Shown in pieces: positions 10,454 to 21,655 of a stretch of 23,722 nucleotides of DNA. Under the pieces are notes generated by a model. It saw nothing but the letters and a program-made list of their open reading frames with translations. It did no database searches and was not told the DNA's origin. Each line of letters starts with the position of its first letter. Position 1 is the stretch's first letter. The position numbers were made by a program, and so were the translations under genes. The stretch is from Priapulus caudatus (Eukaryota). Where the stretch lies: assembly GCF_000485595.1 (NCBI RefSeq), contig NW_014577076.1, forward strand, positions 687,192 through 710,913, written 5' to 3'.

Positions 10454-10878
10454 CCACATGGCTACACGCTGCATACACGCTAGGAATACGCTAGAAGAAC
10501 GCTGGGCGCGCTACAGACTCGTTCAGCACTCGTTCAGCACGCCCATATTCGCTGCATGTTCGCTGGACGTGCGTTAGAAGCACGCTAGGTGTGCGCTACG
10601 TGTTCGCTACACCTCAGCCGACGAACATACAACGAATACCCAGCGTGTGTCCCGCGTGTGTCTGGCATTGGTCCAGTGCTCTCTGCGCGTGTCTGGCGTC
10701 CTTCTGGCGTGTACATTCATGCGTCGAGCTCCACGCACATTTTTGGGCATGTACAAAAATCCCGACGCACACAGCGAATGACAACTAATGCATAGCACTG
10801 GTCCAGCGCACTCGACGAACGAGTAACGAATGCTGACGCACACCCAGCGAAAGACAACGCACTGGCCAAAATTGCAAA

Positions 10879-11720
10879 TTTTTAGCTCACCTTGACATCG
10901 TCAATTAAGCTGAGCTATTGCCATGGGTCGTCGTCCGTCGTACGTCCGTCCATCCGTTCGTCCGTCAACATTTGGCTACGGTCAATGATAACTCAGGAAC
11001 CGTTTGACCCACATGTTTGAAATTGGGTATAGTTGTTACTGCTATGCTCCCATATTAAACGTCCTATTTTGGAGCACGCCAGTCGATGTACTTTCGAGCC
11101 ACGGCAATTTTTTGCCAAAAATGGGAATTGCCATTAGTCAGTTCAGGTTCAACGGATTTTGCTCATTTTTGGTATGTGAATGAATAAGGGCTAGGGGTTT
11201 TGCAAATTAGGTAGGGTTTGGCAATTATATAGCATATTATATAGACACGCAGATAACAAACAGTCTGTACGTCACACTCGTCTGGTTTGTTTTACAAGAT
11301 TTCATTGACAATATCTTTAATGCAAAAATTCCTGTCTATGAAAATATTATCGATTTATACTATTAATCAATTATTATATAGTAATTATTATTACGATACT
11401 AATGATTTATGCTAAGAAACATCAAAGCGGCGTATACGCATCGCTACCGTCACGAAAATTGGGTTCATTAATTGTTTATAAATTCACTTATAATAATTCA
11501 TAATATAATATATTATTTTATTAGTTCACATAAAACATTACAGCCATAATAAAAAAGAGTAAAGATAATAAGGGATGTTCTCCATAATGGATAACATCTT
11601 CAGTTTCTATACCATCGTACGCCTCGATGTTGCGCACCTAAAAGCTTGACTTCTTCTCCCCACGAAGTCCATTTGTGTTCTTTTTGTGGTGAGCTAAGCA
11701 GGTGGTCATTTGACACTTTT
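10879..11720 (+). mobile_element. Helentron-like HINE element, copy 3 (full length; noisy after ~11325; probably the same locus as copy 1)
   Basis: TTTTTAGCTCACC 5' end with hairpin and (GTCC)n; 3' GGTGAGCTA and stem-loop. Shares copy-1-specific variants (TCAGTTCAGG, GTCTGTACGTCAC, no GATATTTAAAAAAATTA insert). Confidence 0.75.
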
Positions 11721-12025
11721 CTCCATTCGCCAAGTGCGCCAGGTGCCGTGACGTCGTGTCAGTGCCACTAACCGCCCCTCGCCCCCCCATCCTCTCCCGC
11801 ACTTCCACTCCCTAGCTGCTACATAAGTAGACCCAGACGAGACGTAGTAGCGAGCAGGTGACGCTAAGTGTATCAAGGTAGTTGTGCTGTGTCGTAAGCG
11901 CGGCTCACTGATATATACACTCGTGCATATTATCGGATACGGCGAACCACATCGGGCGGATGTCTTGACAAGACGCCCTCCCATAAGTGTAAACGTTGGT
12001 TGGAATGTATTTTTCTCTTGCTCAG

Positions 12026-12240
12026 GAGCCTGGCAAGTCATATCGATGATGGGAGAATGCAGACAACAAGGGCATCATCCAAAGGATTATGCGACAGCCT
12101 CTTTGTGAAAGTAATTGTCTGCTAACAGCGAAGGGATTGAGTCGTCCTATATACCCACGTTCGTCTATTCAAATGTAGTACAACGTGTAATACATGGAGA
12201 TTTAGTAATGAAAAGTCAGGGACCTTTTAGATCCCAATAG
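12026..12240 (+). pseudogene. Frameshifted duplicate of the KIF13 exon 7963-8146 (probable sequencing/assembly artefact)
   Basis: Same acceptor (ctcttgctcAG) and donor (GTAGGTACAGC) and collinear sequence, but 215 vs 184 nt with many 1-4 nt insertions. No open frame. Confidence 0.7.
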
Positions 12241-12610
12241 GTAGGTACAGCTCTTGTGCATGAATGCTAGTATCATATCGTATATGAGGCCACTGTGGTG
12301 TGCTAAAAGAATGGCGTAGTGGGCGAAAGGAAAATAAAGTTTACAATTGTTTAATTATAAGGAGATTGACGGACCGTTGCAAAACAAGAACGGCGTATAC
12401 AAATTTCCTTGCTTTTTTCAATCTTCACTATTTTCTTTGATCTTTCTGTCTTTCTGCCTCTATGTCTCGTCTTGTCTGTCTAGTCTGTCTTCCCTTTTCT
12501 TTTTCTCTTGCATGCACCTTCGCGGTATCGCCTCTCTGTTTCTCCTCTCGCGCTCTCTTCCATACCAATTTTGAACAAGTTCTTTGCCTAAATAGTTTTA
12601 TCCCCTGCTA

Positions 12611-13571
12611 TTTTTTAGCTCACCACCTTGACATCGTCAAGCTGAAACTATTTGGCCATGGGTCGTCGTTCGTCGTACGTCCCGTCTGTTCCGTCCGTCC
12701 GTGACCGTTCGTCAACATTTTTTTTGGCTACCGTCAACGAAATACTCAGGAATCCTTAGACGCCAACCATGTTTGAAATTGGGTATAGTTGTTACGCTCA
12801 TGCCGGCCAATAAGTAAACTCCTATTTTGGAGGGCACGCCAGTCAGAGGCGTATGTTACGTAGCCACAGGCAATATTTTGGCAAAAAACATGGGAATTGC
12901 ATGTACTGTCAGAAAAACAGGTTCAACACGGATTTTGCTGTCATTTTGGTATGTGAATTGAAAAAAAAGGCAGACTATGATAAGAGGTTTTGGAATAATT
13001 CCTAAAAAATTAAATGACATAAAAATAGGTAGGGTTTGGTCAATTATATAGGCATATTAGTATAGACAACCGGAAACCGGCTTGAGCGCAGATAACAGAA
13101 ACTGTAACAGTCTGTGGTGTCACACTCGTCTGGTTCGTTTTAAACAAGATTCATTGAAAATATCTTTAATGCAAAATTCCTGCTATGAACATAATAATGA
13201 TTATACTATTATTCGATGTACTTAAATTATATTATTATGATATCATGATTTTATGCTGAAGCTAAACATAACTAAAGCGGGTATAAGCGCCATCTATGTA
13301 GTCACTGCGTCACAAATTGTGATTTTCAATATTTTTGTTTACACTAATAAAATTTTATTTTTATAAATTCTATAATATAAAAAATTGATGTTATTATTTT
13401 CACATAAAAAATTACACATATAATTATCAAGAGTATATAATGGAAGTTCTCCCATATATACTCTTCGTTTCTATATAATGTACGTCGATGGTTGCTCAAT
13501 TAAAACTGACTTCTTCTCACTCACTCATTTGTGTGCTTTTTTGTGGTGAGCTACAGTGTCATTGACACTTT
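12611..13571 (+). mobile_element. Helentron-like HINE element, copy 4 (full length; noisy to ~13400; probably the same locus as copy 2)
   Basis: TTTTTTAGCTCACC start. Shares copy-2 variants (GTCTGTGGTGTCAC, TATGAACAT, A-rich insert). Clean 3' end GGTGAGCTA (13545-13553) plus perfect hairpin AGTGTC-att-GACACT (13555-13569) and TT. Confidence 0.75.
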
Positions 13572-13862
13572 AATTTATAATCTGCATCAAGCTGCCGTCT
13601 CCCCACTCGCGTCTGTTCCAAGGCTGCTTCATCGTTTGCTTCAACGTCCCTCTTACCAACATTGCCTCATCTGTGCTTTCTGCCCCTCAGAGAGGCGAGC
13701 ACAGACATAGTGAGTGAAACGGTGACTCTCGCGGGTGCCTTTCAGCATGTTTCAGTGTCACTGCATTGAGTAATGCTACGACGAAAACTCGGGAAAGATG
13801 CAGCGAGCGTGCGGACTGAAGAAGCCGGGAGAGCGAAGTGCGCGTGGGCGTGCGTCAGTTGG

Positions 13863-14132
13863 GCACGCACGCACTCACGCACTCACGCACGCACGCACGC
13901 ACGCACGCAAACACACAGACACACATGCACACGCACACTCACGCACGCACGCACGTACGCACGCACGCACGCACGCACACACGCGCGAGCACGCACACAC
14001 ATACGTATATACATACACACATATCTTCGTGCTGCATGCACACGCACCCGCACACGCCCGCCCGCACGCACGCACGCACGCAACGCACACACGCGCACGC
14101 GGGCACGCACGCACGCACGCACACACGCGCAC
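13863..14132. repeat. (GCAC)n/(CA)n degenerate microsatellite
   Basis: Read directly. Explains the HART/CVRA ORFs. Confidence 0.93.
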
Positions 14133-14653
14133 ACGGGCTTCAAAGAGTTACGCGTGTCACTAAGTGACGCACGTCGGGCAAAAACCTCTGCGGCGCATGC
14201 ATTTGTCCCCGTGTCCCCGTCTCTCACGCGTGTGCCCCATGTAATTGCACATGTATGACGGCGGCCGCAGTCATTCTATCGTTGAGACTGATCCAATTAA
14301 TTTCGTTATTTTTTTTTCAACGAGCTTTCGCAATGTGTTCGTTGTTCAGGCAGCAGCGCACGTGTGGGTATATATCGTCGTCGTATTATGTCGCGATACA
14401 TACGTTTTACAGCGTGAGGACTGCCAAAGCCTCTGGTGTGTGAGGCAGCGTAGTTTTTTTTTTACAATTGTTATTCAAGCAATACAGAGGCACAATAAAT
14501 AAGTCGGCAGGAAATGGAAATCTGGAAAAATCGATGGCACGCTGTTTTTATTCTCCATCTGTCGCGGTTTCACATGCGCCGAATTTTCCTGCGAAAACCC
14601 GCGCCGACATTGGGCTTCTGGCTGGCCACCGCCAACTCGATTTCGGTTTGCTG

Positions 14654-14775
14654 CGCTTCCCTGCTGGCCTTCTCCGGCTCCTCCTTGTTGCGGCAGAGAG
14701 AGGCGCGTGGTAGGCTCGCTTCGCTTCCCTGCTGGCCTTCTCCGGCTCCTCCTTGTTGCGGCAGAGAGAAGCGCG
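14654..14775. repeat. Two direct copies of ~54 bp at a 68-bp period
   Basis: CGCTTCCCTGCTGGCCTTCTCCGGCTCCTCCTTGTTGCGGCAGAGAGA at 14654 and 14722. Confidence 0.9.
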
Positions 14776-15050
14776 CGCGACATTTCGCAGCCCCCAGCGG
14801 ACGCCGAGATCGGCAAATGCTTTCTGACGTCGGCGGTTGACGTGCGGAGACGAGCGCAGGCATGGAGTTACTGACTGCAACAGCAGCAGCAGCTGCGGTG
14901 GAGGGTCTGAAGCCCACGCCGTGGCCGTGGCTGTCATCTGATCGTCAATGTAACTGGCTAGTCCGAATTTATACCGGAGGTGCATGCAGACTACGGCGAT
15001 GCCAGGTGAAGGCCGATGGAGGGAGATGGAGAGAGGTGGTTATCACTTTC

Positions 15051-15345
15051 TAGATGTAGCCTGGTTGTGCCAGCTGGCAACACGTGAAGTTTGCCTTATA
15101 GGGCGTATGTGTAGATGTAGCCTGGCTATGTCAGCTGGTAAGACGTGTGACGTTTGCCTTATAGGATGTAGGTGTAGATGTAGCCTGGCCCTGACCTCTG
15201 GCAAGACCTGGAAACTCGTCCTTGTTTGGTGTAGGTGTAGGTTAGCCTGGTTGTATCAGCTGGCAACGTGTTGAAGTTATAAGGTGTATGTGTAGAGGTA
15301 GCCTAGCTGGCTCTCAGATGGCAAGACGTGGTCGATGTCTCCCTT
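15051..15345. repeat. Diverged ~60-bp minisatellite, ~5 copies
   Basis: GTAGATGTAGCCTGG...CAGCTGGCAA.ACGTG...CCTTATAG recurring at ~15051, 15112, 15176, 15238, 15293. Confidence 0.82.
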
Positions 15346-15476
15346 ATATTAGTATAGTATTTTATATTAGTATAGTATAGCTGTGGTGTGTAGCCTGACT
15401 CAGTCCACTAGCAAGTCATGGAGGCTCCTTTATAGTATGAAACTATAACGTAACCGGGTCTTATCAAAAGGTAAGA

Positions 15477-15570
15477 TGCGCGCGCGTGCTTGCGTGCGTG
15501 CGTGCGTGTGTGCGTGCGCGTGTGCGTGTGTGCGTGTGTGTGTGTGTGTGTTGTGTGTGTGTGCGTGTGT
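15477..15570. repeat. (GCGT)n/(GT)n microsatellite
   Basis: Read directly. Confidence 0.92.
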
Positions 15571-18086
15571 GGGGAGAGGCTCTTACATGGTGTAGCTGTA
15601 GTTTAGTTTAACTCTGTCCGCGTCTAGGATGCGGTGTCCACTCGGTCATCACGTCTTGACCTCGGTCCTGGTGAAATCTGGCACATTAGGAGTTGGTGGT
15701 TTCGTCTAATGTAAACTAGAGCCCGCGGTTTTGCTTAGAAGAGACGCTTTCTGCAGGTAGGGGTCAAGGAGTTCCGTAGAGGCTAGATTTCACGCTGGCT
15801 AGACGGACGGAAAGAGTGAGGCGACTGCGTATACTAGCCGTTTCTGCGATCAACTGCACGGCAGTTTTTAATGCTTTATTTCATCACGCAGCTGATAACC
15901 GAAATTCCTAGCTTTTGCTGAGGCTGAGGAAACCCATCTTCTGCTCGCATAACTAACATCCACTCTCGCGCGCATCTGCATAATTCTAAACGCCTCTCAT
16001 CCGCGTTTTGCCGAAGACTATCCGCCATTGATTGTTTCTATGGTGACCGCTGTTTCGGCCTCGCAGTGCGATTCGTAATTGAAATATGTGGAAACTAATA
16101 CAAACGAGTTTTTTTCGCGAAACAAAGTAGAGTCGACGTGAAACTGCAGGCGTGCCTGTCGAAGTCGCATATACTAATGCAGGTGCTGATTAACCAGCTG
16201 CAATCGATGCGCTGCAGCAACTTCGGCTGCGCGTTGCCAGGCGGCCGTGGCCGTGGCTTCCCCACCACTCTTACAACCAAATCAATCCGTGCATGCTTCC
16301 ACTGTTGTTGATTGGTAGGTTGTCTGGTCGATGCTTCTAACTGGTGTCTCCTGGCGCTGCGGTTGTTGATGCGCCTGGGCTGCAGGGAATGTCGCAGTAT
16401 TGTCGAGTATGGAGGTGGAATTTGTTCACGTCGTGGCTACGTGTCTGGATTGTTACGTCTTCTCGCACAGCGATATATACGGTAGAAATCATATCTGGTC
16501 ATATCTCCTAACTCTCACTCTAACTACTATCAAATTCGTTTAAATAACAAGTACCTAGAAATTTAATACCGCTCGCACATCAAGGTACGTAACAACATAT
16601 CAAAAAGCGACACAAGTGTAAATACTCTGGCTTGTTTAACAATCATTCGAATAAGCTGTCCTTAGAGCTGCCCTTTTTCCATTTCAGCTGGTCGTACAGT
16701 GTATATACATCTAAACAATTTCATTCACCTCCCTGTGACAGGTTTAACGGATAGGATGGATGGATGGGATGAACGGATAGGATTTAGGATGTGAAATGTT
16801 TCCCATGGTTTTATTTGGTAAACATGATTATACATGTGGCAACATTTGTGACATTTTGTGGGTTGACTATGACAATTGAAGATGAAATATTTTTCAGTAA
16901 TTAAATGAACAGGAAGCATATTCCTATGGCTCACGACCGCTCCTATGAACCTTTTTATTTTCTCTTTGCACATGAATATGCATACTCCCAATTGTTCAAT
17001 CATTTTTTCTTCTCATGTTCTTGCTTTCTCTCTTCCTAGCCTTTAGCCCAACTCTTTCTGCGCTCTTTCTGCCATTGTACCACTTATCTCTCTACCTTTT
17101 CATAGAAACTAGCCTCTTCTCTGTGTGTTGAGATTTAAGATACAGTGTAACTGTGGTAGTCATGTTCGTGGGCGCATAGCAGTTAATGATTGATGGGCAT
17201 CGGTGGCTGTTTGTCTTCTATTAGATAGAGCCTACTTATCACGCGCACGCAAGGCGCAATCTCGCATGCCGTGTTTTCTCTCGTGAAATCATCCTCGTGA
17301 TCTCTTTAGAGGGTTGAATCGATTTCGCTAATGTTTTCAAGTATTACTCTTTTTCTCGAGCATATTTACTGACAGTAAGATCATCTTTGCAACATGGCAA
17401 ATGTATCATTTCCTCTTTCCCAGTCCACTCAGCTATTTGTAGTTTCACCGCAAAGGTGAATGTGGAACTGCAACTTATTATACGTATAATTTAGTATGCA
17501 GGTAACTTGTTACATGTCTGACTTTATAAGTCATGTTGCATGAAAATTTCGCTAAATCTGTAGCGTAATGAGTGCGTAAGTGGGTTGAGTCACTAACAAT
17601 TATGATTAAAACTAATATTATTAAATTATTAATTATGTTAAATTAAATTCAAAAATTAATGAAATTAAATTAAATTATTAATTTTAAATTATTGGATTAA
17701 TTTAATATAATTAATAAATTTATTCGCGGTGTGATTATTCACGTGTCCACCCCATGTGTACGTACAGTTTGACAGTGCTTGCAGTCGCGGTTAGGCTGCA
17801 GTGTAGTAGATGTGTTCTAGCTACGTTGTTCCTTGTCTTCCCGTGATGTGGAGTGCCATACATAACAATATCTTCGCATTTGTCACCAATCTTTCATTTA
17901 TGTTGTGCTTGCCTTTTCACGCGACTCTATACGCAGTAAATTCATTGTGATTAACTGAACTCAGGAAGTTTAAAGTTCATATTTTTTAAATTTGATGTTT
18001 ATATTCTTCACCGTAATATATAGTATAATGGTATATTTTTATGTATCTATGCTAGAAACACTGTATCGTGTTATTTTACATTTCAG

Positions 18087-18174
18087 TGCAAAATCAAACC
18101 TGCGGGTTCGGGAGCACAATATATTAGGACCGTACGTGGATGGGCTTTCAACCTTAGTCGTTTCTAATTTTAAG
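18087..18174 (+). CDS. KIF13: Kinesin-3 (KIF13/Khc-73-like) motor-domain internal exon, 88 nt
   Basis: Acceptor ttttacatttcAG (18085-18086), consensus donor GTGAGT (18175). Phase-2 start completes AG|T (Ser). Encodes AKSNLRVREHNILGPYVDGLSTLVVSNFK; LxVREHxxLGPYVDGLS is KIF13-type loop 8. Confidence 0.94.
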
Positions 18175-19396
18175 GTGAGTAGATGAGATCCATTATTAAT
18201 ATCTCTGCTGTAAGCTGGGCCGGAGATAGCGCGGGGGAGGGGTGAGCGCAGCCTCCCCAGACCAATATAGGTACGATTACATGTCCACTGATGAACTGTC
18301 CACACTCACCTGCCAAGAACACTAACCGCACGCTGCCCCCCCCCCTGGAAATGAGATACCTATGCTCCCGGTATGTGCTTATTGGATGCGCTTGGCATGT
18401 TAAGGAGGAAGTGGAATAAAGGCTTAGGCCGAATATATAAATGTAGGGAAGGAAGAACGAAGGGAGAAAGGGAGGGAGTAAGATGGTTACGTGGAGAAAG
18501 GAACGTAAAGGAGGGAGTACAGAGGGTATAGGAGAAGCGTGGGAGAGTGTGAGTGAGGAGAAAACGGAATCAGATGATAATATCGATTAAAGGTATCTCA
18601 ATCTCGTCTGCCTTTGATGCCATCTTTTCTGTCCATGCCTCAAAGGCAGGTATTATGTTGAGTATCAGCGCACTGGTTGGATTACGCCGTGATTACATGA
18701 AAACCATATTATAATAGCACTGAGGTCGTCGTCAGATGTCCGCTCTGACGATGTGTCATGCGAATCTCAATAGCTGTGTGGCTTCGGATTACGTCTTACT
18801 CTAAAAATAACCAATATCTGAAACATGTTGACATTTTCATATCAGCGCTTCCCCAACTGTACATAGAAATGATTGCTGTATTAGTAGCGGTTTTAACAAA
18901 AACTCGTCGAAGCGTAAATGTCACCTGACTGACTGTGGAACCGCGATGTGTGCACGGCAGATGTGTCAGATAGTATATCTAGTTATACTGCCCAGAGGAA
19001 AATGAAAAATACGTACATGAAAAAAGCGAAGACCTGAACTAATTGCCATCGATATTATCTCCCAACGCGGCTCCACATCACGATCCAAAATGACCCATCA
19101 CCCGTGCGCAGTCTCCTAACACACTGCCCTGTCTAGCTGTGCTAGCGAATGATTACATAGTTATAACTGTGTACCTTTAACGATAAAAGTCAGTGTAGCC
19201 AGTTAGCACCCTACAGGGAAACCGACAAAAAAGTGCTTTCGAGTGCTGCGCTGCTGAAATGATATTCCCAACATATTTGTGAAAGGTATAGTTAGCCTGC
19301 GGCAGTAACGATCGAGTTACTATTCTTTCACGCTTGCATTGCCTCGCTGAAGCCATATTACATCTTATTGTCGCATGTTGCTGCTGCAGCATCATT

Positions 19397-19770
19397 ACAT
19401 ATCTGCCTCTCCCTCACATCCCTGCTTTCCCATCTCATCCCTGCTTCCTTCCCATCACACCTCTGCCCCAATCACATCTCTGCCCCCCTCACATCCCTGA
19501 CTCCCCCATCACATCTCTGCTCCCATCACATCTACGCTTCCCCAATACATCTCTGTCTCCCCCATAACATCTACGCTTCCCCAACACCTCTCTGTCTCCC
19601 CCATAACATCTACGCTTCCCCAACACATCTCTGTCTCCCCCATAACATATGTGCCTCATCACATCTCTCCACCCCATCACATCTCTGTCTCCATCACATC
19701 TCTGCCTCCTCCTCACATCCCTGCCTCACCATCACATCTCTGCCAACCCCCATCACATCTCCACCTCCTC
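19397..19770. repeat. Degenerate ~19-20-bp C-rich minisatellite (CCCATCACATCTCTGCCTC) with a 39-bp dimeric core
   Basis: CATCTACGCTTCCCC at 19529, 19568, 19607; ACATCTCTG motif throughout. Confidence 0.85.
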
Positions 19771-20749
19771 TATCAACTCTTCTTCTCGTCGCATCTCGGC
19801 TTGCATGAGTGATCGACGCTCCCCAAGGCATTGCCAGGGATCTACTGTCTCATCTGTATCATCTGTGTCGACTTCCACGCCGCATCACTATCCTCACATT
19901 GCTTACATACTCTGCAGCGCGTCACTTAAACTGTAGACTGAGTAAGCAAGGCTCAGTTTCTTTAGTCTCGGGGGTGGTAGCTTAATTACGAGCAGAAATA
20001 AAGGCGGCCGAGCGTAAGAAACCAGTGGCGAACGCACGCGATAATGAGACGGGAATTGACACAACACCATCAGGAAGTTCGCGAGAATGATTACACGAAA
20101 AATAGCAGTGCTGGTCTAATGAGGTAATCCGAAATCGCTGCATCGTTGCAGTCTTAATGATTTAGTTGCCATCGCGTAATTACTCGCATCGACTTACATT
20201 CGATCTTTAAAAACAAACTTTTTTACGCATAGCATAATTTATTGCTACGATACGTGCATTGACAGCTTTACTCTATCACCAGCGCGCGTCTTCCACTGGC
20301 CGGTAAGACACAATTTCATGCAATTTGTTTTTGATGTTTTTCATGGTGTTACGTGTAAATTTCGCCGTTACGTTACGTCTGATTAAAATCCGTGTTAATT
20401 ATACAAGCCCTAAATGTATGTGCGTTTTTATGCTCTCAGTTTTGTTATCATACAGTATTTAGCTCCCTTCCCGGGAATCAGCTTAAGGTGAACAAGAGTC
20501 CGGGAAACCTATTCGAATCTTTAGATAGAAAAGTCGCATTGGCCTAATGTTTGTGAAATACTTGGTGTGATAACGCGATGTAGTAAGTAGCATGGTAGTA
20601 GCATATAGGAGCGGGGAGGACGGAAGTGCAACATATGAACTGTTTGTTCCGCAATAGTTGTTATCTACGGCTAATCGTGCCTTGATTACCTCGATGCCTG
20701 TCGCCGTGTCGCAAAGATAATCTTGTCGCAAATGATCAAGGATACCTCG

Positions 20750-21655
20750 TGGATAGTCTTGTTCTGATTGATAGGGGATGTTTCGTACATAGTCCTGTTA
20801 TATTTGATGATGGAGAAGAGAGTCTTGTCTATTGGTCTTATTCTGCACTAGATGTGTGGCTTCTGATTGATAGAAGGAGATATCATAGTAAGTCGTGTCC
20901 TGATTTCTAGGCGTATCTAACAGCTAGTCTTGCCCTGGTTGGTAGGGGTTGGGGGAATATCACATTAGTCTAGATTTAGTCCTGCTTACTAGATGTATTT
21001 AACAGCAAGTGCTATCCTCGTTGTTAGGGGAGGCGCACCACATTAGTCTTATCTGATTACTAGATATGTATTCCACGGTTAGTTTCATCCGATTTACGGG
21101 ATAAATGTATCGTCTAGTTCTCTACAGAGTGGTTCTGATTGACATAGGTGTGTGCGTGTTACAGGTAATCATATTTTAGTTGCTGGATGTATGCAACAGA
21201 TAATCTTGTCTTGATTGATAGTTGAGTGTAACAGCTAGTATATATAGCCATGATCACTGCAGATATCTATCACAGCTATAGTATTGTCCTGGATACCACA
21301 TATGTCTATCTACCGTTTTCCGGCTTTTACGACAATACCACGTGACTGAACGAGACTTCCCGCCTGGGTACATTTATGAAGCGCAGCGGTACGGTTATGT
21401 AGAAACAACATTGGTCAGGTACACCTTGTGTATACATATATGTACCTCGGGTACATATCTGTAGTACCTGATACGACAACGACCCCATCTGCGCTAGTAT
21501 TGTCATGCATTTTTTTGCTGGGAAATACCGATCTAAAGGTTCCCAGTCATACATACATACATGTATACTACATTATGTCTATCACAGCTAGTATCGTCCT
21601 GCATACTACATATGTCTATCACAGCTAGTATTGTCCTGGATACTACAGAATGTCT
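20750..21655. repeat. Old degenerate ~37-45-bp tandem array
   Basis: Recurrent TAGTCTTG.TCTGATTGATAG motifs, grading into ATGTCTATCACAGCTAGTATTGTCCTGGATACTAC units (near 21267, 21579, 21616). Interrupted at ~21311-21545. Confidence 0.6.

Larger units (their letters stand above)
9098..10878 (-). mobile_element. PIF/Harbinger DNA transposon, defective internal-deletion derivative
   Basis: Harbinger-type DDE transposase remnant flanked by GC-rich subterminal repeats: a 63-bp tandem unit at 9161/9224 and a CATGT(T/A)(A/C)AAAAATCC..CACAGCG motif at both ends. True TIRs not visible within these bounds. Confidence 0.85.

Noticed and set aside
12026..12240. Mutually exclusive alternative kinesin exon
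   Set aside because: Multiple frameshifts, and the same indel noise runs through the flanking intron. No sign of codon-level conservation.
13773..14258. His/Ala/Arg/Thr-rich ORFs (also the ORFs at 28-437, 2290-2554, 4572-4826, 19334-19808)
   Set aside because: Translations of micro- and minisatellites that lack stop codons.
18215..18376. Small hAT-like MITE after the third exon
   Set aside because: G-run/C-run ends are suggestive, but the TIR match is poor and no TSD is visible.
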